Below, in pieces: positions 59,598 to 64,000 of a stretch of DNA of 64,000 nt; positions within the stretch are counted from its first letter, which is position 1; each line of letters opens with the position of its first letter. The DNA lies in the NCBI GenBank assembly GCA_965232515.1, contig CBDDPY010000002.1, positions 5,792,001 through 5,856,000 of the forward strand. The letters are read 5' to 3'. The stretch comes from Alphaproteobacteria bacterium (lineage in GTDB: Bacteria > Pseudomonadota > Alphaproteobacteria > GCA-2731375). The position numbers and the translations under genes were made by a program. Below the pieces are notes generated by a model that worked only from the letters and a program-made list of their open reading frames with translations, made no database searches and was not told the DNA's origin.

Positions 59598-60247
59598 TGA
59601 GTGTTCCCGCAGTGAAGAGTGCCGGCGCCGCGCTCGGCGCGCCCGACGATTCGGTCGAGGACGGTCGCCGACGCTATTTCGACAATCGTCTGAACGTCAC
59701 CGTCGTGAACGTGTTTCAGGGCGACTTCTATGTTTCGACAACGCCGGGCGAAATGCTGGCGACCGTGCTGGGCTCCTGTATCGCCGCCTGCGTGCGCGAT
59801 CCGATCGCCAAGTGCGGCGGCATGAACCACTTCCTCCTGCCGGCGGGCAAGCAGTCGTCCGACAGCGAGGCCACCGGGTTGGCCCTGCGCTACGGCAGTT
59901 ACTCCATGGAGCAGCTGATCAACGGCGTGCTCGCGGCCGGCGGTCGCCGGGAACGGCTGGAGATCAAGGTCTTCGGCGGCGCCAACGTGGTCCGCGGCCT
60001 GTCGGGTGTGGGGCACAAGAACTCCGCGTTCATCGAGGAATATCTGTTGAACGAGGGCTTTGGCATCGCCGCCAAACACATTCGCGGCAGCTGGCCACGC
60101 AAGGTGCATTTCTTTCCCGACACCGGCCAGGTCCGCATGCGCGAGCTGAAAGGCAAGACCGCCGAGCGCGTCTTCGACAAAGAGACGAAACTGCGCGCCA
60201 GGCCAAAGGTGCCGGAGACGGCGGGCACGATCGAGCTGTTCGACTAG
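59597..60247 (+). CDS. cheD: Chemoreceptor glutamine deamidase CheD
   Basis: TVLGSCIAAC, GGMNHFLLP, RYG.YSME.LIN, KVFGGA. Confidence 0.95.
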   Translation: MSVPAVKSAGAALGAPDDSVEDGRRRYFDNRLNVTVVNVFQGDFYVSTTPGEMLATVLGSCIAACVRDPIAKCGGMNHFLLPAGKQSSDSEATGLALRYGSYSMEQLINGVLAAGGRRERLEIKVFGGANVVRGLSGVGHKNSAFIEEYLLNEGFGIAAKHIRGSWPRKVHFFPDTGQVRMRELKGKTAERVFDKETKLRARPKVPETAGTIELFD

Positions 60248-60269
60248 GCCGACGTCGCGTGCCTGTCGG

Positions 60270-61829
60270 CTACGGCCGCATCGAAAAGCTTCGAGGCCCC
60301 TTCAAGGCGGCGAGACCGGGTTGGATCCAGTCCAGCCAATCGCACAGCGCCGGACGTGTTTCGGCGGGATCGATCAGCTCGTGGAAAGCGAAGGACTCGG
60401 CCCGCGGAAACGGTGATTGCCGCGCCGCCAGGATCGCCTCCAGCTCCTGGCGTTTGGCTTCCGGGTCGTCGGCGGCGGCGATTTCGCGGCCGAACGCGAC
60501 CGCCACGCCGCCCTCCACGGGCAACGCGCCCATCTCGGCCGACGGCCAGGCCAGCACATAGGCATCGGCGCCGAAATGCGCCGCCTGGGCAACACCGAAC
60601 GATTTGCGTATGACAATCGTGGCCCACGGCGTCTCACAGTCGGCGGCGGCCAGCACGGCGGCCGTGCCGTCGCGGATCGTGCCGGCCTTTTCGGCGTCGG
60701 GACCGATCATGAAGCCGGGCTCGTCGACCAGCGCGATGATCGGCAGATGAAAGGTCTCGCAGAACTCGATGAAGCGTCGCACCTTGCGGGCGCCGTCCGC
60801 CGTCATGGCGCCGGCATAGTAGCGGCAGTCGTTGGCGAAGATGCCGACGGCATGGCCGTTCAGGCGCGCGAGGCAGGTGATCTGTCCGGGGCCATAGCGA
60901 CGGGTCGTCTCGAACACCGAGCCCGTATCGGCGATGGCGGCGATCAGCTTGCGCATATCGTAGGGCTTGCGGCGATCCGCGGGCACGATTGTACGGAGCT
61001 TCTCGTCGCGCCGGTCGCGGTCGTCGTCGGCCGCAATATGGGGCGCCAGCTCCCAGACATTTTGCGGCAGGTAGCTCAGGAACCGGCGGATCTGCGCGAA
61101 GGCGTCGGCCTCGTCCTCGGCGGCATTGTCGATCACGCCGTTGACCAGGTGCACGTCGGGGCCGCCCAGGTCTTCCTTGCTGATCTGCACGCCGAGCGCC
61201 CGCTCGACCACGGCCGGACCGGCGATCAGGATCTGCGCCGTCGCTTTCGTCATGACGGTGAAATGCGAGGCCACGAGCCGAGCCGCCGGTAGCCCGGCCA
61301 CTGGGCCCAGCGCGGCCGAGACCACCGGCACCGTGGCCATGGCCCTGGCGACGGAGCGGAAGCGGTGCGGTTCGTAGACCGGATCGCCGACCGGGCCGCG
61401 CGGGCCCTTGCCGCCCGCGCCGCTGACGCTGCCACCACCGCCCTCGTGCAGGCGGATCAGCGGCACCCGATACTGGCAGGCCAGCGTCTCGGCATAGATG
61501 CTCTTGCGCAAGCCGGCTGCGTTCGGCGAACCGCCCTTGAGGGTGAAGTCCTCGCCGCCGATGATGCAGGCGCGGCCGTCGATCTCTCCGAGTCCCAGAA
61601 TGAAGTTCGCCGGCGTGAAGTCGTGCAGCCTGCCTTCGTCGTCCAGCTCGGCCGCGCCGGCGCCCATGCCCTGTTCGCGGAACGTGTCGCCGTCCAACAG
61701 CGCGTCGATGCGCTCGCGCAGGCTGAGCCGGCCCTTGGCGTGCTGCCGTGCCACGGCGTCCTCGCCGCCCTGAAGCAGGGCGCGCCGGCGCCGCTCGTGG
61801 ATCTCGTCGATTTGCTTTTCCCAGGCCAT
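60270..61829 (-). CDS. Acyl-CoA carboxylase carboxyltransferase subunit
   Basis: GGEDAVARQHAKGRL..RERI, DFTLKGGS, GPAVV, EDLGG, VDEPGFMIG, MGALPVEG. Confidence 0.92.
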   Translation of the reverse strand: MAWEKQIDEIHERRRRALLQGGEDAVARQHAKGRLSLRERIDALLDGDTFREQGMGAGAAELDDEGRLHDFTPANFILGLGEIDGRACIIGGEDFTLKGGSPNAAGLRKSIYAETLACQYRVPLIRLHEGGGGSVSGAGGKGPRGPVGDPVYEPHRFRSVARAMATVPVVSAALGPVAGLPAARLVASHFTVMTKATAQILIAGPAVVERALGVQISKEDLGGPDVHLVNGVIDNAAEDEADAFAQIRRFLSYLPQNVWELAPHIAADDDRDRRDEKLRTIVPADRRKPYDMRKLIAAIADTGSVFETTRRYGPGQITCLARLNGHAVGIFANDCRYYAGAMTADGARKVRRFIEFCETFHLPIIALVDEPGFMIGPDAEKAGTIRDGTAAVLAAADCETPWATIVIRKSFGVAQAAHFGADAYVLAWPSAEMGALPVEGGVAVAFGREIAAADDPEAKRQELEAILAARQSPFPRAESFAFHELIDPAETRPALCDWLDWIQPGLAALKGPRSFSMRP

Positions 61830-61926
61830 GCCGCGTCCCGTCTGCCGAACCGAAAAACTGGCGTATCATGCCGGCATGCGCGCGGCCTGTCCAAGCGCCG
61901 CGCGGCCGAGTGGAGGAAAATGCATC

Positions 61927-63456
61927 ATGCCGTCGTCGGGAAACAAACGTATCGCCATCCTGGGCTTCGATCTCGAGGCCAACCGCTTCGCGCCGGTCTG
62001 CGGCCGGGCCGAGTTCGAGGAGCGCGCCTACTATGAGGGCGAGGCGATCAGCCGGGACGCCCGCGCCGAGCATCCCGCCATCCATGGCGGCATCTGCGGC
62101 TTCTACGCGACCATGGACGCGGCTGGTGACTGGACCCCGGTGCCGATCCTCTATACCGGATCGACGCCGAACGGCCCGGTCGATCAGGGTTTCTTCGACG
62201 AGGTCGTCGCGAAAATGCAGGCGGGACTGGCCTCGGCCGCGCCGCTCGACGGCGTCTATATCTGCGAGCATGGCGCGGCGGTCTCGACCGGCAGCCACGA
62301 TCCGGACGGCGATCTTTTCGGCATGGTGCGCGAGGCGGTCGGGCCCGACGTGCCGGTGATCGCGACCCTCGATCTGCACACAAATGTGTCGCAGCGCATG
62401 GTCGACGCCACCGATCTGCTGATCGCCTATCGCACCAACCCGCATGTCGACCAGTTCGAGCGGGGCGCCGAGGCCGCGGCGGCCATGCGCGAGATGTTCG
62501 ATGGTGTCCGCCCGGCCACGGCCTTCGTGCGGCTGCCGCTGGTGGCGCCATCGGTGACGTTGCTGACGGCCGAAGGCCAGCCTTATGGTGACCTGATCCG
62601 GCTAGGGCAGAGCAAGATCGACGCGGACGTGCTGAACGTCTCGATCACCGCCGGCTTCGCTTTCAGCGACACGCCGAAGAACGGTATGGGCATCCTGGTG
62701 ACGACGCGCGGCGATGCGGCCAAGGCGGCGGCGCTGGCCGACGAGCTGGCCACGGCGGGCTGGGCCGACCGGGCCCGATATCGGACCAACATGATCGACC
62801 TGGACACGGCGGTGCGTCTGGCCGTCGAGACCGGCGCCGATGCCGCTAGGCCGTCCCTGCTGTTCGCCGACGTGGCCGACAATCCCGGCGGCGGCGGTCG
62901 CGGCAACACCACCTACATCCTGAAGGCGCTGCACGCGGCCGGTGCGCAGGGCGTGCTGCTGGGCGTGGTCACCGATCCGCCGCTGGTCGAGACGGCGTTC
63001 GCGGCCGGTCAAGGCGGCGCCATCGACGCCCAGTTCAACAGCGAAGAGACTCAATCCTTCTCGGAACCGTTCACGGCGCCGGCGACGGTCATCAGGTTGT
63101 CGGACGGCGAGTTCGTCGGCCATCACGGCATGGTCGCCGACCGGACCGTGCGTGTCGGCCGGTCGTGCCTGCTCGACCTCGGTGGCATTCAGGTCGTCGT
63201 CATCAGCGCCCGGCAGCAATGCCTCAGCGCCGATTTCTTCGAACATTTCGGCCCCGACGTCGCGGCGGCGCGCAGCGTCGTGGTGAAGTCGCGCGGTCAT
63301 TTCCGCGCCGGCTTCCAGCACCTGTTTCCGCCCGAGCGCATTCACGAGGTCGATGTGCCGGGCCTGACCTCGCCGAACCTGGCGAATTTCGACTGGCGGC
63401 ATCTGCCGCGTCCGGTCTATCCGCTCGACCCCGATACCATCTGGCCATCGGAATGA
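61927..63456 (+). CDS. M81 family metallopeptidase (MlrC-like)
   Basis: EANRF, HGA, LDLHTNV, YRTNPHVD, DNPGGG, VKSRGHFRAGF. Confidence 0.92.
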   Translation: MPSSGNKRIAILGFDLEANRFAPVCGRAEFEERAYYEGEAISRDARAEHPAIHGGICGFYATMDAAGDWTPVPILYTGSTPNGPVDQGFFDEVVAKMQAGLASAAPLDGVYICEHGAAVSTGSHDPDGDLFGMVREAVGPDVPVIATLDLHTNVSQRMVDATDLLIAYRTNPHVDQFERGAEAAAAMREMFDGVRPATAFVRLPLVAPSVTLLTAEGQPYGDLIRLGQSKIDADVLNVSITAGFAFSDTPKNGMGILVTTRGDAAKAAALADELATAGWADRARYRTNMIDLDTAVRLAVETGADAARPSLLFADVADNPGGGGRGNTTYILKALHAAGAQGVLLGVVTDPPLVETAFAAGQGGAIDAQFNSEETQSFSEPFTAPATVIRLSDGEFVGHHGMVADRTVRVGRSCLLDLGGIQVVVISARQQCLSADFFEHFGPDVAAARSVVVKSRGHFRAGFQHLFPPERIHEVDVPGLTSPNLANFDWRHLPRPVYPLDPDTIWPSE

Positions 63457-64000
63457 GCGGGGAAGATTCGGCGCTGGACAGTCTCGTCGACGGAATCGCG
63501 GCGCGGGCGGACGAGATCGAGTCGGCGCGGCGCCTGCCGGCCGATCTGGCGCGGCAGCTCGCCGACGCCGGCCTGTTCCGGCTGCTGCTGCCGGCGGCCT
63601 ATGGCGGTCAGGAAGTTCATCCGGCCCATATGGTCGATACGATCGAGACGGTGGCGCAGGCCGATGGGGCGACCGGCTGGTGCGTGATGATCGGCATGAC
63701 CAGTGCCGTGACCGCGGCCTATATGCCGGCGGCGACGGCGCGGGAGATCTTTGGCGCCGATCCGCAGGTCATAACCGGCGGCGTGTTTGCGCCGCTGGGG
63801 CGCGCCGTGCCGACGGAGAACGGCTACCGCGTCGACGGACGCTGGCAATGGGCGAGCGGCTGCCAGAACTGCGACTGGCTGATGGGTGGCTGCGTGATCC
63901 TGGAGGACGGCAAGCCCCGGATGCTCCCGAACGGCCTGCCGGACAGCCGCATGATGTTCTTTCCGGCGGCCGACGTGACGATCCACGACACCTGGGAGGC
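63453..64000 (+). CDS. Acyl-CoA dehydrogenase-fold flavin-dependent hydroxylase, 5' part (runs off the window)
   Basis: MSGEDS...ARADEIESARRLPADL...AGLFRLLLP..YGG...DGATGW...GYRVDGRWQWASG; ATGA overlap with the M81 gene. Confidence 0.85.
   Translation, partial: MSGEDSALDSLVDGIAARADEIESARRLPADLARQLADAGLFRLLLPAAYGGQEVHPAHMVDTIETVAQADGATGWCVMIGMTSAVTAAYMPAATAREIFGADPQVITGGVFAPLGRAVPTENGYRVDGRWQWASGCQNCDWLMGGCVILEDGKPRMLPNGLPDSRMMFFPAADVTIHDTWE

Noticed and set aside
61927-63456. Microcystin degradation (mlr) cluster
   Set aside because: M81/MlrC-like proteins are widespread, and no mlrA, mlrB or mlrD is present in the window.

Overview
High-GC alphaproteobacterial chromosomal segment (inferred from the MipZ-like ATPase, Cle-like response regulator, CtrA-box-like motifs and che gene order). 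No rRNA, tRNA, CRISPR array or transposase was recognised. Layout: (1) 1-8.7 kb: SDR 3' end, a truncated Coq7-like remnant, an amidase plus AtzH/HpxZ-like pair, patatin, acoABC, an S41 peptidase and a PilZ protein, separated by three different REP-like palindromes. (2) 8.76-16.2 kb accessory block. Its highlight is one 633-aa ORF made of three tandem [signal peptide - Cys-paired domain - PEP-CTERM anchor] units, apparently a bacterial surface polyprotein. It is divergent from a GNAT gene across a symmetric operator region that is probably read by the neighbouring XRE-cupin regulator. A TetR/desaturase/lipoprotein-hydrolase module follows. (3) 16.4-46.2 kb: a ~30-kb carbohydrate catabolic island (mtnK, three ABC transporters, FGGY kinase, ribokinase, RbsD/FucU, ketose 3-epimerase, IMPase, oxidative aldose enzymes, iolG/D/E). 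(4) 47.9-60.2 kb: a chemotaxis cluster (Cle-like, Hpt, STAS, cheY-cheA-cheW, cheR-cheB-cheY, cheD) interrupted by an orphan, a MipZ-like ATPase, a CheZ-motif protein and a pentapeptide-repeat protein. (5) A carboxyltransferase, an M81 peptidase and the start of a flavin-dependent hydroxylase. All calls come from motif recognition by eye; no database search was run.
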